From an uncultured Thermoanaerobaculia bacterium (lineage in GTDB: Bacteria > Acidobacteriota > JBCCFW01), in assembly GCA_964613915.1 (NCBI GenBank), contig CAZTIW010000007.1, forward strand, positions 67,828 to 131,827: DNA of 64,000 nt, given 5' to 3'. The position numbers and the translations under genes are program-made. Below, one piece after another: positions 25,018-33,943 of the stretch; the stretch's first letter is position 1; each line of letters opens with the position of its first letter. A model generated the notes under the pieces. The model searched no databases. It saw nothing but the letters and a program-made list of their open reading frames with translations, and had not been told where the DNA came from.

Positions 25018-25104
25018 CAGGACCTCCGGGATGGGCGGGGCGACGCTACACGACGGCTCGAGGCCGAACAACCGCGGGACGCGCCGGGGACGCGCCGGGG
25101 TCGA

Positions 25105-26319
25105 TCACAGGGCGTTGAGGACTTCCTCGATGCTCGTGTAGCCGTAGACGACCTTGTTCAGGCCATCTCGCTTGAGCGGGATCATGCCCGCCCGGCCTGC
25201 GGCTTCCCGGAGTTCGGCCGGAGACTTTCTGCCGACGATGAGCTCGTTGATCTCCTCGTTGAGCACGAGCAGCTCGAAGAGGCCGAGCGCGTCGCGGTAG
25301 CCCGTGCCCCCGCACGCAGCGCATCCGCGACCGCGGTAGAACTTGATGTCAGGCGTGAGCTTGAAGCCCATGTCCGCCCCCATCTGCTCGGGGGGCTGGT
25401 AGGCCTCCTTGCACCCCTGGCAGATGCGCCGCACGAGGCGCTGTCCCAGCACGGCGTTGACGGCGGCCGTGACCAGGAACGGCTGCACGCCCATGTCCAT
25501 CAGGGTGCTCAGCCCGTTCGCCGCGTCGTGCGCGGACATCCGCGCGATCACGATCCGCTTGGAGAACGCGCCCTGGATCATGAGGCGCGCGACCTCGGGG
25601 TCCGTCACCTCGCCGACGTACGCGACGTCGGGGGCGGAGTCCATCATCGCTCTCACGCCGTCACGGAACGTGAAGTCGCCCTGGAACGAAGGCTTGCCCT
25701 GGACGACGCCCGGCAACTCGTACTTGGGCACCGTCTCGAACGCGGCGATGGCCTTCTGGGGCGAGTTGAGGAGCTTGAGAGAGGCGTAGGCCGTCGTCGT
25801 GCGACCCGATCCCGGCGGGCCGACGATCAGGACCAGGCCGTGCGGCTTGGCGAGCGCGTCCTTGAAGGACTTGAGGACCTCGGGGAAGAAGCCGAGGTGC
25901 TCGAGGCTCGCCTCGAAGCCCCTGCGGTACTGGATCGCGAGCGTCACCTTCTCGCCCAGGACGGACGGAAAGACGTAGGCGGAGCACTCGGCGCGCTGGC
26001 CATCGAGCGTGACCTTGAAGAAACCGGTCTGGGCGATCCGGCTCTTCGTGATGTCCATGCCGCCGAGGATCTTGAAGCGGTTCGCGACCTTGCCGTGGAG
26101 ACTCGACGGCAGCGGATCGAGGGGCTCCATGACGCCGTCCTTGCGCATGCGCACGCGCGTCTCGCTCGGCCCCGGCTCCACGTGAACGTCGCTCGCGCCC
26201 TCGCGCAGGGCGCGCTCGAGAATGCCGTCCACCTTCTCGACGATGCCCTTCTCTTCGAGTTGCGCGGGCTTCTGCCCCTCGTCTTCCTTCGCGCCGGCCT
26301 CGAACTTCAGCTTGGACAT
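25105..26319 (-). CDS. PilB/GspE-family protein with degenerate ATPase motifs
   Basis: GASDVHVEP, GPPGSGRTTT (Walker A K->R), YVGEVTD, AVLGQRLVRRICQGC...GCAACGGTGY. No N-terminal MshEN-type domain. Confidence 0.85.
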   Translation of the reverse strand: MSKLKFEAGAKEDEGQKPAQLEEKGIVEKVDGILERALREGASDVHVEPGPSETRVRMRKDGVMEPLDPLPSSLHGKVANRFKILGGMDITKSRIAQTGFFKVTLDGQRAECSAYVFPSVLGEKVTLAIQYRRGFEASLEHLGFFPEVLKSFKDALAKPHGLVLIVGPPGSGRTTTAYASLKLLNSPQKAIAAFETVPKYELPGVVQGKPSFQGDFTFRDGVRAMMDSAPDVAYVGEVTDPEVARLMIQGAFSKRIVIARMSAHDAANGLSTLMDMGVQPFLVTAAVNAVLGQRLVRRICQGCKEAYQPPEQMGADMGFKLTPDIKFYRGRGCAACGGTGYRDALGLFELLVLNEEINELIVGRKSPAELREAAGRAGMIPLKRDGLNKVVYGYTSIEEVLNAL

Positions 26320-26469
26320 CAGCGAACCCCCGAGGTGTGCGGGGCGGAACGCCGCCGCCGACGGCCTCGCCCGGGTAGAGCCGCCTCGCTGCATCATGCT
26401 CCGGGCTTCGAACGGGCGTCAACGTTGCCCCGGGGCGGGCGAGGGGCCGCGGTCGCAGGCTGGGGTGCA

Positions 26470-26498
26470 TTGACACGGTGGTGACCGCGTGCGAAACT
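26470..26498 (+). promoter_or_regulatory. Sigma70-type promoter for the yceD-rpmF-fab operon
   Basis: TTGACA-N17-GAAACT. Confidence 0.5.
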
Positions 26499-26569
26499 CA
26501 CCAGCTTCCGGTCCAACCCGCCCGTGGGTCTGGCCACCTCGCCAGTCCGCGGGATGGATTCTGCGTTTC

Positions 26570-27169
26570 ATGGACATCGAGCTGAATCGGCTGTCGGCGC
26601 TCCCGATGGCGCTCCAGGGCGACGTTCGGATCGCGGACGACCCCGACTCTTCCCTCGCTCAGGACGGCATCCGCTTCCCGGATCCGTTCCGGATCGATGG
26701 CGAGGTCAGGCTCGACCGCGGGCACGTGCTCGTCAGGGGCCGGATCGAGGGGTCGGTGCAACTGGAGTGCGGCCGGTGTCTCGGCCCGATCATGCAGCCG
26801 GTGGCGCTCGTCTTCGAGGCCCGGTACGCCGAGTCGGGTCTCGCTCCCCGCGTGCCAGGCGCCAGCCCTTCCGGCGGAGCACGCGACGATGACGACGGCG
26901 TCGAACTGACGCCCGAAGACATGGACGTGTCGTTCTTGGCGCCGGGAACCACGACGCTGAAGGCCGCGGAGGTCATTCGAGAGCAGGTGTTGCTCGAGGT
27001 GCCGATTCGGCCGCTTTGCAGGCCCGACTGCCAGGGGCTGTGCCCGCGCTGTGGCGCGGCGCGGAGCGCAGGCTGTGATTGTCCCGGGACTCCGGTCCGG
27101 GACATCCGGCTCGCGGCACTGGCGGAAATCAAGGCCCGACTCGATGGGAGTTCGGGCGGCAGCAACTGA
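26570..27169 (+). CDS. yceD: YceD/DUF177 family protein
   Basis: CGRCL, REQVLLEVPIRPLCRPDCQGLCPRCG and RLAALA motifs. Canonical position before rpmF. Confidence 0.9.
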   Translation: MDIELNRLSALPMALQGDVRIADDPDSSLAQDGIRFPDPFRIDGEVRLDRGHVLVRGRIEGSVQLECGRCLGPIMQPVALVFEARYAESGLAPRVPGASPSGGARDDDDGVELTPEDMDVSFLAPGTTTLKAAEVIREQVLLEVPIRPLCRPDCQGLCPRCGAARSAGCDCPGTPVRDIRLAALAEIKARLDGSSGGSN

Positions 27170-27229
27170 GGACGAACCCCGCTCGCCGGTTGGCCAGACG
27201 CCGCCGGCTGCGGTAGCGAGTGCAAGACG

Positions 27230-27412
27230 ATGCCGAACCCCAAGCGACGCCACAGCAAGGCGCGCCGCGACAAGCGACGCGCGCACGATGCCCTCCAGCC
27301 CGTGACCCTCTCGCGCTGCCCTCGCTGCGAGGAGCCGAAGCTCCCGCACCGTGTCTGCCAGAATTGCGGCACCTACAAGGGCGTCGAGATTCTCGACGTC
27401 GGGAACGGCTGA
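27230..27412 (+). CDS. rpmF: 50S ribosomal protein L32 (Zn-binding form)
   Basis: MPNPKRRHSKARRDKRRAH...CPRC...PHRVCQNCGTYKG. Confidence 0.97.
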   Translation: MPNPKRRHSKARRDKRRAHDALQPVTLSRCPRCEEPKLPHRVCQNCGTYKGVEILDVGNG

Positions 27413-27449
27413 TCGATCTGCACGCGCGGCTGCGACGGAGATCGCGAGC

Positions 27450-28532
27450 GTGACCACGCGGATCGTCGTGGACGCGATGGGCGGCGATCATGCTCCGGGC
27501 GTGGTCGTGGAGGGCTGTGTCAGCGCGGCCCGCGCCGGCGGCGTCGATCTCGTCCTGACGGGGCCCGAGTCGTCCATTCGCGAAGCCTTCGTGCGGGGCG
27601 CGGGCTCCGAAGCCGAGCTGAGCCGGCTGCCGATCCGCTTCGTTGACGCGCCCGAGGTCGTGGGCATGGACGAGATGCCCATCCTGGCGATCCGCCGCAA
27701 GAAGCGTTCGAGCATCCTGCTCGGTCTCAGGCTCGTGCGGGACGGCCAGGCCGACGCCTTCGTCTCGGCCGGCAACACGGGCGCGATCATGGCGGCCGCG
27801 ACGCTCGTGCTGGGACGGCTCCCGGGCGTCGAGCGTCCGGCTCTCGCGGCGCTCCTGCCCAACGCCCGGAGCTGGACAGTGCTGCTGGATGTCGGCGCCA
27901 ACGTGGACATCAAGGCGCAGCACCTCGAGCAGTGGGCCATCATGGGCTCGTGCCTCGTGCGGTCGCTCCGGGGCATCGACGAGCCGCGCGTCGCGCTGCT
28001 CTCCATCGGCGAGGAAGAGGTCAAGGGCAACGACCTGCTCAGGAAGGTCCACCAGGATCTCAAGCGGGCGCCCGTGAATTTCGTCGGGAACATTGACGGC
28101 AAGGACATCTACTCGGGACACGCGGACGTCGTCGTGACGGACGGGTTCACGGGCAACGCGATCTTGAAGGCCTCGGAGAGCCTGCTGAAGGAGCTCCTGA
28201 CCCTCGTGAAGCGCGAGATTGGCGGATCGGTCATGGCGCGCATGGGCGTGCTCTTGCTGGCGCCCCGGCTGCGTCGCATGCGCCGGATGCTGGATCACTC
28301 CGAGTACGGCGCCGTCCCGCTCCTCGGCGTGGCGCATCCCGTCTTCATCGGACATGGCTCGTCCTCGGCGAAGAGCATTCAGAGCGCCATCGGCCAGGCG
28401 CGCGCCTTCGTCGAGGGACGCGTCAACCTCGCCATCCAGGAGAACGTGCGGCAGCTTGCCCTCGTGGCGGAGTCGGCCGCCGCAGAGGTGCCGCCCACGG
28501 TCGCGGGTCGCTCCACCGGAGGCATCGCGTGA
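27450..28532 (+). CDS. plsX: Phosphate acyltransferase PlsX
   Basis: IVVDAMGGDHAP, SAGNTGA, LDVGAN, IGEEEVKGN, VVVTDGFTGN and YGAVPLLG motifs. Confidence 0.97.
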   Translation: MTTRIVVDAMGGDHAPGVVVEGCVSAARAGGVDLVLTGPESSIREAFVRGAGSEAELSRLPIRFVDAPEVVGMDEMPILAIRRKKRSSILLGLRLVRDGQADAFVSAGNTGAIMAAATLVLGRLPGVERPALAALLPNARSWTVLLDVGANVDIKAQHLEQWAIMGSCLVRSLRGIDEPRVALLSIGEEEVKGNDLLRKVHQDLKRAPVNFVGNIDGKDIYSGHADVVVTDGFTGNAILKASESLLKELLTLVKREIGGSVMARMGVLLLAPRLRRMRRMLDHSEYGAVPLLGVAHPVFIGHGSSSAKSIQSAIGQARAFVEGRVNLAIQENVRQLALVAESAAAEVPPTVAGRSTGGIA

Positions 28533-29509
28533 GCATCAGGGCACGAATCGTGGGGACGGGCCGGAGCCTTCCGGAGCGCGTGGTCACGAACAAGGACCTC
28601 GAACGCATCGTGGACACGTCCGACGAGTGGATCTGGACGCGAACGGGGATCCGGGAGCGCCGCATCGCGGCGGAGGGCGAGAAGCTCTCGGATCATGGCC
28701 TGGTCGCCGCGCAGCAGGCGCTCGAGATGGCCGGATGGGAACCCGAGTCGCTCGACCTCCTCGTGTGCGCGACGGTCACGCCGGACTGGCACCTGCCCGC
28801 CACGGCGTGCTTCATCCAGCGGCGGCTGGGCGCCAAGTGTCCGGCCTTCGACCTGCAGGCGGGCTGCTCCGGGTTCATGTACGGGCTCGGCGTCGCCGAC
28901 GCGTTCGTCCGATCGGGGCAGGCGCGGCGCGTCCTGGTCATCGGCGGCGAACTCCTGTCGAAGTACATCAACTGGAAGGACCGCGCGACCTGCGTCATCT
29001 TCGCCGACGGCGCCGGCGCGGTGCTCCTGGAGGCGAGCGAGGGCGAGAGCGGGCTCCTCGCCACGCGCTTGCACGCGGACGGCTCCATGGCGGAATACAT
29101 CTCGATCCCGGGCCTCGGCACCGAGTTCCCCGCGTCGGCGGAGATGCTCGAGAAGGGGCAGCACCTCATCCACATGAAGGGCAACGAGACGTTCCGCCTG
29201 GCGATCCGGTCGCTCACGGATGTCAGCCAGGAGGTCCTCGCGGCCGCCGGCGTCGCGGTCTCCGACGTGACGCTCTTCATCCCGCATCAGGCCAACCGCC
29301 GCATCATCGACTCGGTGGGCGAGCGCCTCGGCATCGGCGAGGACCGCACCTGGATCAACATTGACCGGGTCGGCAACACCTCCGCGGGCAGCATCCCGAT
29401 CGCGCTGGACGAGGCCGTGCGAGCCGGACGGGTCAAGGAGGGGGACCTCCTCCTGTTCGCGGCCTTCGGCGCGGGCCTGACGTGGTCGGGCGCCGCGGTG
29501 CGGTGGTGA
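28529..29509 (+). CDS. fabH: Beta-ketoacyl-ACP synthase III
   Basis: WIWTRTGIRERR, DLQAGCSGF, IPHQANRRI and GNTSAGS motifs. Confidence 0.97.
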   Translation: MSIRARIVGTGRSLPERVVTNKDLERIVDTSDEWIWTRTGIRERRIAAEGEKLSDHGLVAAQQALEMAGWEPESLDLLVCATVTPDWHLPATACFIQRRLGAKCPAFDLQAGCSGFMYGLGVADAFVRSGQARRVLVIGGELLSKYINWKDRATCVIFADGAGAVLLEASEGESGLLATRLHADGSMAEYISIPGLGTEFPASAEMLEKGQHLIHMKGNETFRLAIRSLTDVSQEVLAAAGVAVSDVTLFIPHQANRRIIDSVGERLGIGEDRTWINIDRVGNTSAGSIPIALDEAVRAGRVKEGDLLLFAAFGAGLTWSGAAVRW

Positions 29510-29510
29510 C

Positions 29511-30446
29511 ATGACCGTCGCCTTCGCTTTCCCGGGCCAGGGAAGCCAGCATCCCGGCATGGGCGCCGAACTCGCGGCCGCGCACCCCGAGGCCCGCGCC
29601 GTGTTCGAGGCCGTGGACGACGCGCTGGGAATCCCGCTCTCGACGACGTGCTTCGAGGGAACCGCCGAGCAACTGGCGATGACCGAGACCACGCAGCCCG
29701 CGATCCTCGCGGTGTCCGTCGCCGCCTGGCGCTGCCTGGCCGCGCGGGGCGTCCAGCCGAACTTCGTGGCAGGCCACAGCCTCGGCGAGTGGTCGGCGCT
29801 GGTGGCCGCCGGCACGCTCTCCGTCACGGACGCCGCGCGGGCCGTGCGCCTGCGCGGCCGGTACATGCAGGAGGCGGTCCCGCCTGGCGTCGGCGCCATG
29901 GCGGCGATCATCGGCGGAGAAGAGGCCGCCGTGCGGGCGGCCTGCGAGGAAGCGACGCGTGACGGCGAGCTGGCCTCGCCCGCGAACTTCAACGCGCCGG
30001 GCCAGATCGTGATCGCGGGACACGCCGCCGCCGTCGAGCGGGCGATCGCCGGTTGCCTGGCGCGCGGCGCGCGCAAGGCCATGAAGCTCCCGGTGTCTGC
30101 GCCCTTCCATTGCGCGCTGATGGAGCCTGCGGCGGCGCGGCTGGCCAGCGACCTGGAGCGCGTTTCGTTCGCCGCGCCTTCGGTGCCGCTGATCGCGAAC
30201 GTCACGGCCGCGGAGGTCACGGACGGCGAGGCCGCGCGGGGACTCCTGAGGCAGCAGGTCACGGCGCCCGTGCGCTGGCACGAGTCCGTCGAGCGCCTGG
30301 TGAGCCTGGGCGTGGACACGGTCGTCGAGGTCGGGCCCGGCAAGGTCCTGGCCGGGCTGATCCGGCGCATCGCCAAGGACATTCGGGTGCTGAATGCCTC
30401 GACTCCCCAGGAGATCGAGGCCGTGGCGGGCGCCCTCGCCGCCTGA
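29511..30446 (+). CDS. fabD: Malonyl-CoA:ACP transacylase
   Basis: FPGQGSQ, TQPAI, AGHSLGE and VSAPFHC motifs. Confidence 0.97.
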   Translation: MTVAFAFPGQGSQHPGMGAELAAAHPEARAVFEAVDDALGIPLSTTCFEGTAEQLAMTETTQPAILAVSVAAWRCLAARGVQPNFVAGHSLGEWSALVAAGTLSVTDAARAVRLRGRYMQEAVPPGVGAMAAIIGGEEAAVRAACEEATRDGELASPANFNAPGQIVIAGHAAAVERAIAGCLARGARKAMKLPVSAPFHCALMEPAAARLASDLERVSFAAPSVPLIANVTAAEVTDGEAARGLLRQQVTAPVRWHESVERLVSLGVDTVVEVGPGKVLAGLIRRIAKDIRVLNASTPQEIEAVAGALAA

Positions 30447-30534
30447 GCGCCCCGCTGACGGCCTCTTTCGCGGGGTTCGGCCGCCCGCTGGTATAGAATC
30501 CGGCCCTTCCCGAACGTTCCATCCGAGATCCCCC

Positions 30535-31278
30535 GTGACCTCTTCGCTCGCAGGCAAGGCCGCGCTCGTCACCGGCGCGTCGCAAGGCATCGGCCGCGCG
30601 ATCGCCCTCGCGCTCGCGGGCGCCGGGGCGCGCACGTGGCTTGCGTCCCGCAACGCCAGCGCCCTCGCGGCGCTCGCCGCCGAGATTCGCGGGACAGGCG
30701 GCCAGGCTGACATCGTGGATCTCGACGTGGGCGACGCCGCCAGCATCGAGGCCCGCCTCGAGCCCGTGCTGGGCCAGGGCGGCGCCGAGATCCTGGTCAA
30801 CAACGCCGGGATCACGGACGACGGTCTCCTCGTACGCATGTCCGATGCGCAGTGGGACGGCGTCGTGGATGTCAACCTGGGCGGGAGCTTCCGCGTCACC
30901 CGGACGCTCCTGCGTCCCATGATGAAGAAGCGCTGGGGTCGCGTCATCAACGTCTCGTCGGTGGTCGCGAGTTCCGGCAATGCCGGCCAGGCGAACTACG
31001 CCGCCTCGAAGGCGGGAATGGAAGGCTTCACGCGCGCGCTGGCGCGCGAGGTAGCCTCGCGCAACATCACCGTCAACGCGGTCGCCCCGGGGTACGTCGA
31101 GACGGCGATGACGGAGAAGCTCACGAGCGAGCAGAGAGAGAAGCTCCTGGCCACGGTGCCGGCGGGTCGCATGGGATCGACCGCGGATGTTGCCGCGGCC
31201 GTGGCGTTTCTCGCCTCCGAGGAGGCGGGCTACATCACGGGGCAGGTGCTTCACGTCAACGGTGGCATGTACATGTAG
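30535..31278 (+). CDS. fabG: 3-oxoacyl-ACP reductase
   Basis: [25 protein letters not shown] and [12 protein letters not shown] motifs. A TAGAAT -10-like hexamer lies at 30494-30499. Confidence 0.97.
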   Translation: MTSSLAGKAALVTGASQGIGRAIALALAGAGARTWLASRNASALAALAAEIRGTGGQADIVDLDVGDAASIEARLEPVLGQGGAEILVNNAGITDDGLLVRMSDAQWDGVVDVNLGGSFRVTRTLLRPMMKKRWGRVINVSSVVASSGNAGQANYAASKAGMEGFTRALAREVASRNITVNAVAPGYVETAMTEKLTSEQREKLLATVPAGRMGSTADVAAAVAFLASEEAGYITGQVLHVNGGMYM

Positions 31279-31313
31279 CGCGGGCGACCGCGTCCCTCAC
31301 TGGAGATGACGAC

Positions 31314-31565
31314 ATGAGCAGGGCCGAGATCGAGGCCAGGGTGAAGGAAATCATCGTCGAGCAGCTGGGCGTCGAGGAGGACGAGGTCACGTCCGAAGCC
31401 TCCTTCCAGCAGGACCTCGGAGCCGACTCGCTCGACATCGTCGAGCTGGTCATGGCTCTCGAGGAGGCGTTCGGCATCGAGATCGGTGACGAGGAAGCCG
31501 AGAAGCTGCAGACCGTCGGCTCGGCCATCGAGTTCATCGAGAAGATCCAGGAAGGCAAGCGCTAG
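31314..31565 (+). CDS. acpP: Acyl carrier protein
   Basis: [11 protein letters not shown]...[24 protein letters not shown]. Confidence 0.98.
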   Translation: MSRAEIEARVKEIIVEQLGVEEDEVTSEASFQQDLGADSLDIVELVMALEEAFGIEIGDEEAEKLQTVGSAIEFIEKIQEGKR

Positions 31566-31598
31566 AAAAGCTGGCGTGGAGCCCAGGAGCATTCAGGA

Positions 31599-32837
31599 AT
31601 GAGACGCGTTGCGGTGACGGGCGTGGGCCTGCTCACTCCCGTCGGCGTCGGCACGGAGGCCACGTGGGCCTCGCTGCTGGCTGGCACCAGCGGGGTGGGC
31701 CGGATCACGCGATTCGACACCACGGGCTACGACGTCCACATCGCGGCCGAGGTCAAGGGCTTCGACGCCGGACAGTGGATGGACCGCCAGCTCGTCCGCC
31801 GCATGGACCTGTTCGTGCAGTACGCGCTGGCGGCGTCCCGCATGGCCATGGTCCATGCCGGGCTCCCCGATCGCGTGCCGGACGACGAGAGCGAGCGATC
31901 GGGCGTCATCATCGGCTCGGGCATCGGGGGCCTTCCCACGATCGAGGCGACGTACGACAAGCTGCGCGAGAAGGGGCCGAGCCGCATCAGCCCGTTCTTC
32001 ATTCCGGGCGTCATCGTCAACATGGCGGCCGGTCTCGTGTCCATCGAGCTGGGCCTGAAGGGGCCCAACTCGGCGACCTGCACCGCATGCGCCACCGGCA
32101 CGCACGCGATCGGCGAGGCCTTCCGGTTGATCCGGTTCGGTCTCGCGGATCGCATGCTGGCGGGCGGCACGGACAGCGTCATCTGCCCCCTGGGTGTCGG
32201 CGGATTCGCCGCCATGCGGGCGCTCTCCACGCGCAACGACGATCCGGCCACGGCATCCCGCCCGTTTGACGAGGGCCGCGACGGCTTCGTCATCGGCGAG
32301 GGCGCGGGGATTCTCGTCCTCGAGGAGATGGAGTCCGCGCGCCGGCGCGGGGCTCGCATCCTGGCCGAGGTCCTCGGATACGGGATGTCGGCGGACGCCT
32401 TCCACGTCTCGGCGCCAGCCGAGGACGGCGACGGCGCGCGCCGCGTCATGGTCGCGGCCCTGGCGGACGCGAGCACGTCGTCGGATCGCGTGGACTACGT
32501 CAATGCCCACGGGACCTCCACGCCCCTGGGCGACCTGGCCGAGACGCGCGCCTTGCAGGCGACGTTCGGTGCGCACGCGGACCGCCTCATGGTGTCCTCG
32601 ACGAAGTCGATGATCGGCCACCTGCTGGGCGCGGCGGGTGGGGTGGAGGCCGGGGTGACGGCGCTGAGCGTCCACCACGGGGTGGTTCACCCCACGGCGA
32701 ATCTGGTCAACCCGAGCGAGGGCTGCGTCCTCGACTACGTGCCGGGCTCGGCGCGCGAGGTGCCGGTCCGGGTCGCCATCTCAAACTCGTTCGGGTTCGG
32801 CGGCACGAACGCCGCCCTGGTTCTGGGGAAGGTCTGA
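31599..32837 (+). CDS. fabF: Beta-ketoacyl-ACP synthase II
   Basis: RRVAVTGVG, TACATG, NAHGTST, KSMIGHLLGAAG and SNSFGFGG motifs. Confidence 0.97.
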   Translation: MRRVAVTGVGLLTPVGVGTEATWASLLAGTSGVGRITRFDTTGYDVHIAAEVKGFDAGQWMDRQLVRRMDLFVQYALAASRMAMVHAGLPDRVPDDESERSGVIIGSGIGGLPTIEATYDKLREKGPSRISPFFIPGVIVNMAAGLVSIELGLKGPNSATCTACATGTHAIGEAFRLIRFGLADRMLAGGTDSVICPLGVGGFAAMRALSTRNDDPATASRPFDEGRDGFVIGEGAGILVLEEMESARRRGARILAEVLGYGMSADAFHVSAPAEDGDGARRVMVAALADASTSSDRVDYVNAHGTSTPLGDLAETRALQATFGAHADRLMVSSTKSMIGHLLGAAGGVEAGVTALSVHHGVVHPTANLVNPSEGCVLDYVPGSAREVPVRVAISNSFGFGGTNAALVLGKV

Positions 32838-32865
32838 GGGGGAACCCCTCGGCCTGAAGTTTTTC
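32836..32865 (+). terminator. Possible terminator after fabF
   Basis: GAGGGG-GAA-CCCCTC hairpin. The T-run begins about 9 nt downstream, which is atypical spacing. Confidence 0.35.
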
Positions 32866-32883
32866 GATATCGTCAGAAAAAGC

Positions 32884-32896
32884 TAACTCATTGATT
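32884..32896 (-). promoter_or_regulatory. IHF consensus site
   Basis: Reverse complement AATCAATGAGTTA matches WATCAANNNNTTR exactly, within an AT-rich intergenic patch. Confidence 0.5.
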
Positions 32897-32943
32897 CCGA
32901 GCTACTTTGACGCGGAGCGGCTCCGGTCGAGCGCCATCAGGTC

Positions 32944-32972
32944 TTGACCGGAACGCCACGGGAAAGTAGAAA
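32944..32972 (+). promoter_or_regulatory. Sigma70-type promoter for the M23-aroDE-priA genes
   Basis: TTGACC-N17-TAGAAA. Confidence 0.45.
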
Positions 32973-33067
32973 TCGGCTCCCACGCTGCCCCCGGGCAGCC
33001 GCGGCCTCCAGTCGCGGCGAGCGGTCGAGCGGTCATGCGTGCGCACGGAGCCCCTCAGCGAGCCCTC

Positions 33068-33943
33068 ATGCTTCGGCGTTTCTACACGGTCATGATCGTC
33101 CCCCACGAGGGTGGTGCGTTGAGGCGCCTCAGCGTCTCGATGAACTTCATCCTTTCCATGGGAGCGATCTTCCTCTTCTGCTTCCTGTCGTCGGCCTTCC
33201 TCGTCCACTTCTTCCTGGGCGGGGCGCCGGTGATCGCGGCGGATGAGCGGCTGCGGGCCGAGAACGAGCGCATCAACCTCGAGCTCGCGCGAACCCGCGG
33301 CATGCTGCAGGAGACGTCGCTCAAGCTCGAGGTCTTCGCCGACCGGACCGAGGAACTGGCCCGGGCGCAGGGTGTCTGGAACGGGATGGGCGGGGGAGTC
33401 GAGGCCGATCGCAAGCCGGCGGGCGCGCTCTTCGTGGCCGAGGGCGACTGGCTGTCCGAGACCCGCGCCATCCTGGACAAGGCCGACTACCAGCTCGGCC
33501 AGCTCGAGGAGCGCCTCTGCGCCCTCAACGCGGAGCCCGGCAGCGGCGTGGACATGGGCGAGGACGTTCTCTGGCCCGTGAAGGGGCGGATCACGTCGGG
33601 CTTCGGGACGCGGCGCGATCCCTTCGATGGCAGCAAGCGATTCCACGAGGGCGTGGACATCGCGGCGCCCTTCGACACCGATGTCGTGGTGATCGCCGAC
33701 GGGATCGTGATCGAGGCTCGCCGGCATGGCGGGTACGGCAACATGATTCTCGTCCAGCACGCGGGCAACCGGAAGACTCTGTACGGACATCTGCGCCGGC
33801 TGAAGGTGGATGTCGGCGAGCGCGTCACCCGCGGTCAGGTCGTCGGCACGGTCGGCTCGACCGGTCGCGCCACGGGGCCCCACGTTCACTTCGAGGTCCT
33901 CGAGAACGACCGGGCCGTGGATCCGGTCAAGAGCCTGTCCTGA
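33068..33943 (+). CDS. M23 family peptidoglycan endopeptidase with N-terminal TM and coiled coil
   Basis: WPVKGRITSGFG, FHEGVDIAA (HxxxD), YGHL and GPHVHFEV (HxH) motifs. Confidence 0.93.
   Translation: MLRRFYTVMIVPHEGGALRRLSVSMNFILSMGAIFLFCFLSSAFLVHFFLGGAPVIAADERLRAENERINLELARTRGMLQETSLKLEVFADRTEELARAQGVWNGMGGGVEADRKPAGALFVAEGDWLSETRAILDKADYQLGQLEERLCALNAEPGSGVDMGEDVLWPVKGRITSGFGTRRDPFDGSKRFHEGVDIAAPFDTDVVVIADGIVIEARRHGGYGNMILVQHAGNRKTLYGHLRRLKVDVGERVTRGQVVGTVGSTGRATGPHVHFEVLENDRAVDPVKSLS

Noticed and set aside
25076-25100. 11-bp tandem repeat GGGACGCGCCG x2 between the PilB-like and M61 genes
   Set aside because: Only two GC-rich copies, with no spacers or cas genes. Likely slippage, not CRISPR.
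32838-32892. Resemblance to the c-di-AMP (ydaO) riboswitch (GGGGGAACC...GTCAG...GCTAAC) before a cell-wall peptidase
   Set aside because: Too short, lacks the conserved GGGGUGAAUC core and pairing, and lies upstream of the likely promoter.
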